Source: an uncultured Acidobacteriaceae bacterium | GTDB taxonomy: Bacteria > Acidobacteriota > Terriglobia > Terriglobales > Acidobacteriaceae | Reading direction: 5' to 3' | Assembly: GCA_963774735.1 (NCBI GenBank) | Contig: CAVZGJ010000008.1 | Span: 45,543 to 109,542, forward strand | DNA length: 64,000 bases | In this document: positions 20,511 through 30,189 of the stretch, one piece after another | How positions within the stretch are numbered: position 1 is the first letter of the stretch | Layout of the letters: every line of letters starts with the position of its first letter | The notes under the pieces: model-generated | The model's input: only the letters and a program-made list of their open reading frames with translations | Told to the model about the DNA's origin: nothing | Databases searched by the model: none | Translations under genes and position numbers: made by a program

Positions 20511-23203
20511 CTACATCAGATGCACAGCATCCACGTCAACCACCAGGTTGCGTCGCTCAACCCCCTGCGTCTCAGCAAAGGCGAGCATCGCCCGTAACGC
20601 CGCTCCCAAATCCTGCCGCCGCTCCGCCTTCAACACAAAGTGGTACCGGTAAATTCGCTTCAACCGCACAATCGGCGCGGCGGCCGGCCCCAGCACCCGC
20701 ACCTTCTCCAGCCGCGTCCTTTCAAACCACTTCCCCAGAGTCCCCGCCCACGCCGTAGCCTCCTCCAGCCTCTCGCTCTGCACAATCACATTCGCCAGCA
20801 CAGAAAACGGCGGATAGTGCATCCACCTGCGATACTGCATCTCCTTCGCGACAAACCCCGGATAATCATGCTTCGCCGCAAACTGAATCGCGTAATGATC
20901 CGGATGGTACGTCTGCACCAGCACCTTCCCCGGCAAATCTCCCCTTCCCGCCCGCCCTGACACCTGCGTCAGCAACTGAAACACCCGCTCCGCCGCGCGA
21001 AAATCCGGCAGCCCCAGCTGAAAGTCCGCCCCCACCACACCCACCAGCGTCACGCCATGAATGTCATGCCCCTTCGCAATCATCTGCGTCCCCACCAGCA
21101 AATTAATCTCGCCCCCATGCAGCCGAGCCAGCAGCCGCTCCATATCGCTGCGCCCTCGCACCGTGTCGCGATCCATCCGTCCAATCCGCGCCCCGGGAAA
21201 CAGCTCCTGCAGCCGTTCCTCACCCTGCTGCGATCCCACCCCCAAAAAATAAAGATGCTCGCTCCCACACTTTGGACAAGTCTTCGGCACCGCCTTCCGC
21301 GACCCGCAATAATGACACTCCAGCCTCTGCCCCGGCTGCGCAATCCCATCGTTCTCATTCACCCGCTTGTGATACGTCATCGAGATCGAGCAGTTCTCGC
21401 ACTCCACCTTCTCCCCGCAACTCCGGCACATCACCACCGACGAGTACCCCCGCCGGTTCAGCAACAAAATCACCTGCTCAGCACGATCGAGCGTAGCCTG
21501 CGTCTCCTCCACCAGCCGCCGCGAAAAAATATTCTCCTGCCCCGTCTCCCGAAACTCCTCCCGCATATCCACCAGCTCCACCGCCGGAAGCGGCCGAGCC
21601 ATCACCCGCTCCCGCATCTCCACCCGCACATAACGGCCCTTATCCGCATTCGCCCAGCTCTCCAACGAAGGCGTAGCCGACCCCAGCACCACCGTCGCCC
21701 CCTCCAGCTTCGCCCGCATCACCGCCACATCTCTCCCGTGATACCGCGGCGTCTCCTCCTGCTTGTAGCTCGAGTCATGCTCCTCATCCACGATGATCAG
21801 CCCCAGCTCTCGCACCGGAGCGAACACCGCCGACCGCGTCCCCACCACCACCCGCGCCTCGCCCCTCCGAATCCTGTGCCACTGCTCCGCCCTCTCATCC
21901 GGAGTCAACTGCGAGTGCAGCAACGCCACCTCGCCCTCAAACGCCGCCACCAGCTGCCCCGCCATCGCCGGAGTCAACCCAATCTCCGGAACCAGCAGCA
22001 GCGCACTCTTCCCCGCATCCAGAGCCCGCCGCATCGCCGCAAAATAAACCGTAGTCTTCCCGCTCCCCGTGACCCCATACAGCAAATGCGGCCGAAAACC
22101 CCCGCGCTCCATCGCCGCCGCAATCGTCCCCAGCGCCTCCATCTGCGCCTCATTAAGATCATGCTCATGCGCATGCTTCTTCCCCAGCGCACTTACACCA
22201 CCCAGATGAAACGCCTCCGCAACCTCCTCCACCAACACCAGCCCACGCCTCACCAAAGTCCCAAGCGTAGAAATCGGCACCCCCGACCGCCCCAGGCTCT
22301 CCCGCAGATCCCGCACCCGCATCCGCCCACCCACCGCCGCCAGTTCCGCCATCACCGCCAACTGATTCTCATTCAACCGAGGCAACCGCACTCCGCGTTC
22401 ATACTTTGAGGTGCCATCTCGAGCGGGGATTGAAGTGCCATCTTGAGCAGGTTTTGAAGTGTCGTCCTCGGCAGATATTGAATTTTTACCTGAGCGTATT
22501 TTGAAGTGTCATCCTGAGCGGAGCCTCTCGCAGCTTCATCGCGAGAGGCGGAGTCGAAGGACCTGCAGTTTTCTTTTGTCGGCCCAGAATCATGCCCCAC
22601 CAGCACCGCCACCTTCTCCAGCCGCCGAGCATCCCGCTCCTCTGCCACCGCCTCCCGCACCAACCACTTCTTCCGAACCATCCCCTCAAGCAAACTCTTA
22701 TTCGCCCCAGTAGCCGACCGCAGCGCCCCCATCTTCGCCGCCTCCCCACCCTCCAGATAATTCAGGACCGAATACTCGCGATCCTGCTCCTCTACCGTCA
22801 GCTTCGACCGCCGCGAAGACCCCTTCTCCGCGCCCTCATACAAAACCCTCCGTCCAGCCTCAGCAATCCGGTAAGAAAAATGGCGCTTCACCTCCGCCGC
22901 CAGCGGCAACATCCCACGCAATACCTCACCCAGCGGCGCAACATAGTACTGCGCAATCCACCGAGCCAGCTCCATCAACTCATCCGGCAGCAACGCCACA
23001 TCATCCAGCAACTGCTGCACCGGCTTAATCTCAAAATCCTCTGCCGGAGCCTCCTCATGCACCCGCACCACCACACCCATCAGCCTCTGCCCGCTGAACG
23101 GCACAATCACCCGCGCTCCCACCACCGGAACCACACCGTTCACAGCATAGGTAAACACCTGGTCCAACGGAACCGGCAGAGCAACATCGCAAAACAAAGC
23201 CAT
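20511..23203 (-). CDS. priA: Primosomal protein N' (replication restart helicase) with internal ~200-bp repeat insertion and one apparent 1-bp deletion (~22485)
   Basis: N-terminal DVALPVPLDQVFTY 3'BD, GVTGSGKT, DEEH, CxxC zinc motifs, GTQMIAKG and QVSGRAGR. Confidence 0.92.
22406..22575 (+). repeat. REP/RPE-like element plus five ~24-bp tandem units inside priA
   Basis: Units begin TTGA at 22406, 22430, 22454, 22478 and 22501. Full palindromic element at 22507-22566. Confidence 0.88.
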
Positions 23204-23212
23204 CCTTCCAGC

Positions 23213-24190
23213 TTAACCTCTCCCGACGCGCGACCCTGAAATACCCCAGGGTGGATCGCCATACCAACGCAGGACTCGGAGAGCCCGCAGTGTATTCCAG
23301 CGGCTAGCCCTGCCGACACCGGTCTCCATCTCCAGGGGAATCTCTTCGGGATGAAGCAGGTTCATCGGCCAGCGCCCGTTCTGGTGGCGCCGCTCCATCA
23401 CAACCTCGATGGCCTCCCTGACCCGGCTATCGGGTTCGATTCCTGCATTCCGCAGATAATCCAGCCCGCGCAACACGTCGTAGTGCCAAAACATCGGGAA
23501 CGTGAATCGGAGCCAGCTCTTGTCGATGACTCCGCCAGTGCGAAGCGACCGAAACATGCCGCGCTCAAGCAGATAATTTTCGGCTTTCTTGCGAGCCTTA
23601 GTAACAGCCGCTGATTTGCGCCCTGCCCGCTCGTATTCTAGAAGTCCTTCAAGCACGCAGATGGTGGTATGGAACGAGGAACGGCGGCTCTTGGGCGCTT
23701 CGCAGTTCCAGCCGCCATCTTCAAGCTGCTCACCCAGGAGTTGACTTGCCAGTGCGTCGTTCGGTTCCTTGAAATACGTACCGATCCCGAGGATCCTGCC
23801 ATTGATGCAGGGCTCCGTCTCACCGTGAAGGTAAGGCCGGTTGTTAAGCGGCTTAAACACGAGGTTCTTGTCGACGCGGTCGATCATTCGACGAGCCTCC
23901 TTGCTCGCGGGATCGAGACCGAGGTCCTTCAAAACAACAAGACTCCAAAGAGCAATAAGATCCCACTTCGACCCGCCGCCCCAGTCGCCGGCACGAGATT
24001 GGGCGGCGAGAAGCTGAGCTCCCCAACCCTCGGTTGCAACGCGCCCCCGCTCAGCCGCAATCACATCAGAGGCTTCACCAGTAAGATCCCTCATGACCTG
24101 CCAACGGATGGCCGGGTCAGAGTCAAGAAGCCATCTGATATGCGCGGGCCGGGGTGCGTAATTCTGGGGTGCGTAATCCTGGAACCGCAT
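23213..24190 (-). CDS. Hypothetical protein with prenyltransferase/squalene-cyclase-like repeats
   Basis: WLLDSDPAIRWQV, QxxDGGWNC, SSFHTT, HYDVLRGLDY and SRWNTLRALRVL motifs (alpha/alpha barrel QW-like repeats). Confidence 0.65.
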   Translation of the reverse strand: MRFQDYAPQNYAPRPAHIRWLLDSDPAIRWQVMRDLTGEASDVIAAERGRVATEGWGAQLLAAQSRAGDWGGGSKWDLIALWSLVVLKDLGLDPASKEARRMIDRVDKNLVFKPLNNRPYLHGETEPCINGRILGIGTYFKEPNDALASQLLGEQLEDGGWNCEAPKSRRSSFHTTICVLEGLLEYERAGRKSAAVTKARKKAENYLLERGMFRSLRTGGVIDKSWLRFTFPMFWHYDVLRGLDYLRNAGIEPDSRVREAIEVVMERRHQNGRWPMNLLHPEEIPLEMETGVGRASRWNTLRALRVLRWYGDPPWGISGSRVGRG

Positions 24191-24226
24191 GGCTCTTTTA
24201 TAGCAAGTGATGTGTAACCAGGCCCA

Positions 24227-25204
24227 TCACTGCTGCATCTTCGGCAACTCCATCAGCAATCCGCCATTCCCGGTCTGAACCGTAGGAAGCTGCCCATTCC
24301 AGCGCTCTATCAGCGCCTTCTGGTTCTCGATCTTCCTCAGCTCCAGCAGCTGCGGAGTCAGCGACGTCTGACGAATCTTATTCGCCTCCGCCTCGCCATT
24401 CGCGCGAGTCACAGCGGCCTTAGCCTCACCATCCGCTTCAGCGACCGTCTTCGCCGCCTCCGCCTGAGTCTTCGCCAGTTCGTTGCGAGCACGCTCCGCA
24501 TCCTGAATCGCCTGAGCCTTCGCCGTAATCGCCGCCGCAATCACCGCCGGCACGCGCGGCGCTCCAATAAACCCGAATTGCTGAATCCCCACACCAACCG
24601 ACTCCATCTTCTGCTGAATCAAAGCCTGCACTCTATTCAGAAACTCGGCCTTCTGCTCGCCATAAATCTGTTCCACGTTATAAGTCGAAGCAACCTCATT
24701 CAGCGAATTGCGCACCACGTCCCGCAGAATGCCATGCGTAAACACATCCAGATCGCTCAACCGGTACTTCACATAAAAATCCGGTACGCGATGCGGATCG
24801 ATAGCATAGCTCAGCGAAACATCCGAGTAGATCTCCATCCCCTCCTTCGAGTTGAAGCTCATCTCCTCATTCGACGCCCTGCCTTCATTCAAATCATGCG
24901 TCCACTTCACCGTCTGCACAAACGTCGGGAACTCAATAATCTGACTCCGCAGCGGACTATAAAAAACCCAGCCCGTCCGGATCGGAATCTCCGACGGCCC
25001 TCTCTGCGAGCCGCTCAGCACAATCTCCACGCCAACATATCCCGCGCCAATTCGCGTAACCGATGCAATGTAGTTGAAAAAGATCACCGCAACGATCAAC
25101 AGACCGATCGCACCAGCAATCATCTTAAGCAGCTTCACCGGAAGAGCCGGCCCATCACTATTCCGGCCCGTGCCGGGATTCATCACTTCACCAAAGAGAG
25201 ACAT
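24227..25204 (-). CDS. SPFH/prohibitin (band 7) domain protein
   Basis: N-terminal TM, GYVGV, AEA-rich coiled coil and WNGQLP C-terminal motif. Confidence 0.85.
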   Translation of the reverse strand: MSLFGEVMNPGTGRNSDGPALPVKLLKMIAGAIGLLIVAVIFFNYIASVTRIGAGYVGVEIVLSGSQRGPSEIPIRTGWVFYSPLRSQIIEFPTFVQTVKWTHDLNEGRASNEEMSFNSKEGMEIYSDVSLSYAIDPHRVPDFYVKYRLSDLDVFTHGILRDVVRNSLNEVASTYNVEQIYGEQKAEFLNRVQALIQQKMESVGVGIQQFGFIGAPRVPAVIAAAITAKAQAIQDAERARNELAKTQAEAAKTVAEADGEAKAAVTRANGEAEANKIRQTSLTPQLLELRKIENQKALIERWNGQLPTVQTGNGGLLMELPKMQQ

Positions 25205-25384
25205 CTAATTCCTCCAAATCTTTCTAAACGCAACAAAACCACCCGCTGCCGTTACCAGCAACAGGCACACGCCCTCCAGAACATCTCGATCACTCGGCAA
25301 ATTGAGTAGGTGGAACGCTGTCACCATCACCCAGTACAAGGGCAGCGCGACGAGCAGAGAACCCAGCACTTTCCAGAACAGCAT
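25205..25384 (-). CDS. Small two-TM membrane protein
   Basis: 59-aa ORF with two hydrophobic segments, abutting the SPFH start codon. Confidence 0.55.
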   Translation of the reverse strand: MLFWKVLGSLLVALPLYWVMVTAFHLLNLPSDRDVLEGVCLLLVTAAGGFVAFRKIWRN

Positions 25385-25505
25385 CAGTCCCTGGCCGATT
25401 CTTTCATGGCCCAACAACCATTCACAGCAACACGAATTGTATCCCTGTTCTCATAAAAATCCCGTAGTGTGCGATATTCGACTCGTCCTGCTATTCTTAC
25501 CCACC

Positions 25506-26192
25506 ATGAAGAAGCGAACGCTCCCCGCGCTCCTCATTCTGCTCCCGCTCGCCGCCTGCAATCCCAACACACCCAATCCCCCACCGCCGCAGCCCAAAAC
25601 CACCACCGCCGCAGCCGAAACTCGCGCCGCACTTCCCACCCCAACCGGCGAACAAAACTTCGACTACTACCTCCTCAATCTCTCCTGGTCCCCCGAGTTC
25701 TGTTACTCCCACCGCAACGCCCCCGAGTGCGCACAACGCAACGCCTTCGTCCTCCACGGCCTCTGGCCCCAGAATCTCACCGGCGCGTGGCCGCAACACT
25801 GCTCCGACGACCCCGGCCCATCCGACCCAGCCCAATTCGCCGACATCTACCCCGACCGCGGCCTCCTACGGCCCGAGTGGCAAACCCACGGCACCTGCTC
25901 CGGCCTCGCACCCGACGCCTTCTTCACCACCGCCCGCGCCGCCTTCCGCTCTGTTGCCATCCCCACCCAACTCACCTCGCTCACGCAACAAATCTCCATG
26001 CCGCCCGACGAGATCCTCCACCTCTTCACCCAGGCCAACCCCACCATCCCCCGCTCCAGCTTCGCGCTCAGCTGCGGCAACAATTACCTCACCGCCATCG
26101 AAGTCTGCCTCACCAAACAACTCCAACCCACCGCCTGCGGCCCCATACGCTCCTGCCGGGCCAACACCGTCCGCATACCCCCACCCCAGTAA
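25506..26192 (+). CDS. Ribonuclease T2 family lipoprotein
   Basis: Lipobox LAAC, DYYLLNLSWSPEFC, CAS-I FVLHGLWP and CAS-II EWxxHGTC. Confidence 0.88.
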   Translation: MKKRTLPALLILLPLAACNPNTPNPPPPQPKTTTAAAETRAALPTPTGEQNFDYYLLNLSWSPEFCYSHRNAPECAQRNAFVLHGLWPQNLTGAWPQHCSDDPGPSDPAQFADIYPDRGLLRPEWQTHGTCSGLAPDAFFTTARAAFRSVAIPTQLTSLTQQISMPPDEILHLFTQANPTIPRSSFALSCGNNYLTAIEVCLTKQLQPTACGPIRSCRANTVRIPPPQ

Positions 26193-26450
26193 CTCAAAGC
26201 GCGAAGACAATGTGTTAAGAATGCGTTACAAGCATGCTGCAAGTTTTGCTAGTTGTCTCGCAGATGCTGGACTTCTAGTCTTCGATGGCATCGAGACTTG
26301 GCGCAACTCTCTGCGCGTCGTAGCACGAACATCCCACTTTTCTTAACCAAGAGGCAAATTCTTGGTGTGAAATCCCCAAACCGGATAGTGCGAGCCATCG
26401 ACAGGGCAGCTCCAAGTGATGGACGAGCCACTGTTTTGAGAGGAAAAGAC

Positions 26451-28785
26451 ATGAGCTCAGATAACAAATTAAACAAGCAGGATTCCCTCCCTTTCCCACC
26501 TACGGTCTCAGCGAGCATCGCCGGCCGCACCATGCAGGAATCGATCTATAAGCCACGTGTTGAACCGCGTCGGCTTCCGCCCGATTCTCCGAACATCCTC
26601 ATCGTGCTTATCGACGACGCAGGTCCGGGCCTGCCATCCACTTTCGGCGGCGAGGTCGAAACCCCGACGATGGATCGCATCGTAAAGGAAGGGATCGCTT
26701 ACAACCGCTTCCACACTACGGCTATGTGCTCGCCCACACGGGCATCGTTGCTGACCGGCCGGAATCATCATCGCGTCGGTACCGGGCAGATCGCAGAGCT
26801 TGCGAACGACTGGGACGGATACTCCGGCCACATCCCCAGGAGCAGCGCGTTGGCGGCCGAGGTGCTGAGGGACTACGGCTACAGCACGGCTGCCTGGGGA
26901 AAGTGGCACAACACACCTGCCGAGGAAACGACTGCCGTCGGCCCCTTCGAGAACTGGCCGGCCGGGCTGGGTTTTGAATACTTCTACGGATTCCTGGCAG
27001 GCGAGGCGTCGCAGTACGAGCCCAATCTGGTGCGGAACACAACTGTCGTCTTGCCGCCGAAGGGCCCGGAGCAGGGCTATCACCTCAGTGAAGACTTAGC
27101 GGACGACGCTATCAACTGGCTGCACAGGCACAAGTCCTTCCAGCCGGACAAGCCGTTCTACATGTACTGGGCCAGCGGTGCAATCCACGGCCCGCACCAC
27201 ATCATGAAGGAGTGGGCAGACAAATATAAGGGCAAGTTCGACGACGGATGGGACGCCTACCGTGAGCGCGTCTTCAAACGCGCCAAGGAGAAGGGCTGGA
27301 TCCCCGCCAACGCTCAGCTCACGCCACGCCACGAAACCATGCCATCATGGGAGAGCATCCCTGAAGACGAGAGGCCATTCCAGCGGCGCCTGATGGAAGT
27401 GGCCGCCGGGTTCACGGAACACGTCGACGTTCAGGTCGGCCGGCTCATCGACGAAATAGACAAGCTCGGCTACGGCGACAATACCCTCATTTTTTACATT
27501 TGGGGCGACAACGGTTCCTCGGCGGAGGGACAGAACGGAACAATCAGCGAGCTTCTGGCGCAAAACGCCATTCCCACCACCGTCAAGCAGCACATCAAGG
27601 TGCTCGATGAACTCGGCGGACTCGACGTGCTCGGCTCACCGAAAGTCGACAATCAGTACCACGCCGGATGGGCCTGGGCCGGGAGCACACCCTACAAGGG
27701 GACTAAGCTTCTTGCCTCCCACTTCGGAGGCACGCGCAACCCAATGGCGGTGCGGTGGCCCGCGAAGATCAAACCCGATGCCACACCGCGCCCACAGTTC
27801 CATCACTGCAATGATGTCGTCCCGACAATCTACGAAGTGATCGGCATCACCCCACCGCTGCAGGTCAAAGGCGTCCCTCAGGACCCGATCGACGGCGTAA
27901 GTCTCGCCTACAGCTTTGACGACCCAAAAGCCGGAGGCCAACTGCTCACCCAGTACTTCGAGATCATGGGCAGCCGCTCAATCTACCACGATGGCTGGAT
28001 GGCCTCGGCGTTCGGCCCGCGTACTCCATGGGAACAGGGCATCCCTTCGGGCATTCGCGAGTGGACACCGGACAAGGACGTCTGGGAACTCTACAACCTT
28101 GAGGACGATTGGAGTCAGGCGAACGACCTCGCTCAAAAAATGCCGGAAAAGCTGGCACAACTGAAGGAGCTCTTCCTCATAGAAGCGACGAAGAACAACG
28201 CGCTTCCCATCGGCGGCGGTCTGTGGATTCCCGTACTGCACCCCGAGATGCGCATTTCGCCCCCCTATACAGAGTGGACCTTCTCCGCCGACATCGTTCG
28301 CATGCCGGAGTTCTGCGCGCCGGCCCTCGGCAACAAACCCAACATCGTTACCATTGACGCCGATATCCCCAGCCAACGCCAATGGTGTGCTGTACAAGCT
28401 GGGGGCAAACTCCGGCGGCCTCACTTGCTTCGTGGAGGATGGTGTCCTTTGCTACGAGTACAACCTCTTCATCATTCAGCGCACAAAAATCCGCGCTAAG
28501 CAGAAGCTCCCCATCGGCAAGGTAAAGATCGAGGTCGACACGGTGTACGCAGTGCCCAGGCCCGGTGGACCGCTCAACATCACCATGAAGGTCAATGGCG
28601 AAGTGGTAGCGACCGGCCAGGTACCAATATCAGCGCCGCTCATCTTCACGGCCAACGACTGTCTCGACATAGGCATTGCCCTCGGTTCACCGGTATCGCT
28701 TGACTACTACGACAAGGCGCCATTCAAATTCAACGGAACCATCGAGCAAGTGCACGTGCAGTATGTTCCCATGAAGCCAGCTTAG
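26451..28785 (+). CDS. Arylsulfatase (Cys-type; apparent frameshift ~28370)
   Basis: NILIVLIDD, CSPTRASLLTGR, GKWH and GDNG motifs. C-terminal domain in ORF 28354-28785 (PFKFNGTIEQV). Confidence 0.88.
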
Positions 28786-28949
28786 GGCAGTCCTGGCTCG
28801 AGATATGGCCATAAGGAAATCGCCATGATGAATGCAATCTGAATCGCAATGGCCCGGCAGTAAATACAGGCAAGTCGGCTTATGGGAAGTGACAGCGGCT
28901 AGCGAATGTCGGCTAATCAACGAACCATCGAAAGACACAGATTAAGTAC

Positions 28950-29729
28950 ATGCAGCCGAAAGAATCCGCGAACATGAGTGCTATACAGATCAGCGTAACG
29001 GCGTTTGCTTGCATCTTCGGAGGAGCGCTCATCGGAATGTTTATTCGAAGAGTCTTGCCGAAGGACTACCTCAACATAGATTCGAGCACGACCATCAAGC
29101 TCGCAATAGGACTGGTCATCACGATGACAGGGATTGTCCTCGGCATGCTCATTTCTTCCGCAAGGAACTCCTACAATGTCCGATACGAGCAACTCGTCAC
29201 GACTTCAGCCGACATCATTATGCTGGACCGCCTTCTCGCGAACTATGGTCCCGAAGCGCAGGACGCGCGGGCTGAACTGCGGTCCGTCGTCCAATCGAGC
29301 ATCGAGCGCGTGTGGGGAGACCCCTCAGCCGTGCGAGCCGAATTGAAGCCTTCGCAAGAGGTTGAGGGTGTTTACGACAAAGTGCTTATGCTTCCAGCGA
29401 ACATCCCGGAACAGAATCTCGCAAAGACCGAGGCAATCTCATTAGCGATGGAACTGATGCGAACGCGCTGGCTGATATTAATCGGGTCCCGGCCCGATTC
29501 CATGTCGACACCCTTGCTGGTCATTGTGACGTCCTGGCTGACTGCAATTTTTGTTAGCTTTGGACTCTTCGCGCCGCGCAACCCCGCCGTCCTCTGTACG
29601 TTCTTTGTCGCTTCGATCGCAGTGTCAACAGCGATCTTTCTAATCGTCCAGATGAATAACCCATTTACAGGAATCCTGAAGATGCCCGCGACTCCTATGC
29701 GCGCTGCCTTCGCCCAACTCGGGAAATAG
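28950..29729 (+). CDS. DUF4239 / bestrophin-like membrane protein
   Basis: TM pairs at both ends, LGMLISSA, LDRLLANYGPEA and C-terminal NPFTG motif. Confidence 0.65.
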   Translation: MQPKESANMSAIQISVTAFACIFGGALIGMFIRRVLPKDYLNIDSSTTIKLAIGLVITMTGIVLGMLISSARNSYNVRYEQLVTTSADIIMLDRLLANYGPEAQDARAELRSVVQSSIERVWGDPSAVRAELKPSQEVEGVYDKVLMLPANIPEQNLAKTEAISLAMELMRTRWLILIGSRPDSMSTPLLVIVTSWLTAIFVSFGLFAPRNPAVLCTFFVASIAVSTAIFLIVQMNNPFTGILKMPATPMRAAFAQLGK

Positions 29730-30189
29730 TGCCGATGGGTCGTTATCACGTCGATCACGAGGTTAGCTGGCGCCAAGAGGCAATGCACTGGTGGACGTTT
29801 GTCGGGATCGGGATTAGTAACGCTAAACGCGCTTCTGTTTACAGATCGCTTTTGCGCTAGCTCCCAGGGACAGGTTCCCGAAGTATGCGAGCTCAGGGAG
29901 CACTTATAAGCAACGACCGAAGTCACGGCTTTTCGGAAAGTTAGGGGGAATTTCCGATAACCGCGTTTTGCGGGAATGACGTTATCACTGACGAGAAGCC
30001 GACTTATCGGTACTAATCCGCGTCGATGAGCGCATTGGCGATTTCGCGTCATTCCAGAAGTGCGCCCGGAGCCTATGGCGCTTGCCGGCAGAGATCCTGA
30101 AATCGTGCCTGGCCGGGACTGAAGGTCTTGTGCCATTCACGCCCTGGGCTTCTCTCGCTGAAAGCAGATGAGGCACCGGATTACATTGC

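Noticed and set aside
22406..22523. 24-bp tandem units as a CRISPR array
   Set aside because: The units are contiguous and degenerate with no unique spacers, lie inside priA, and no cas genes are present.
29730..30189. Intergenic region with a weak hairpin (TCGGAAA..TTTCCGA) and ORF 29372-30136
   Set aside because: There is no recognisable motif or strong structure. It is probably degenerate island spacer sequence.
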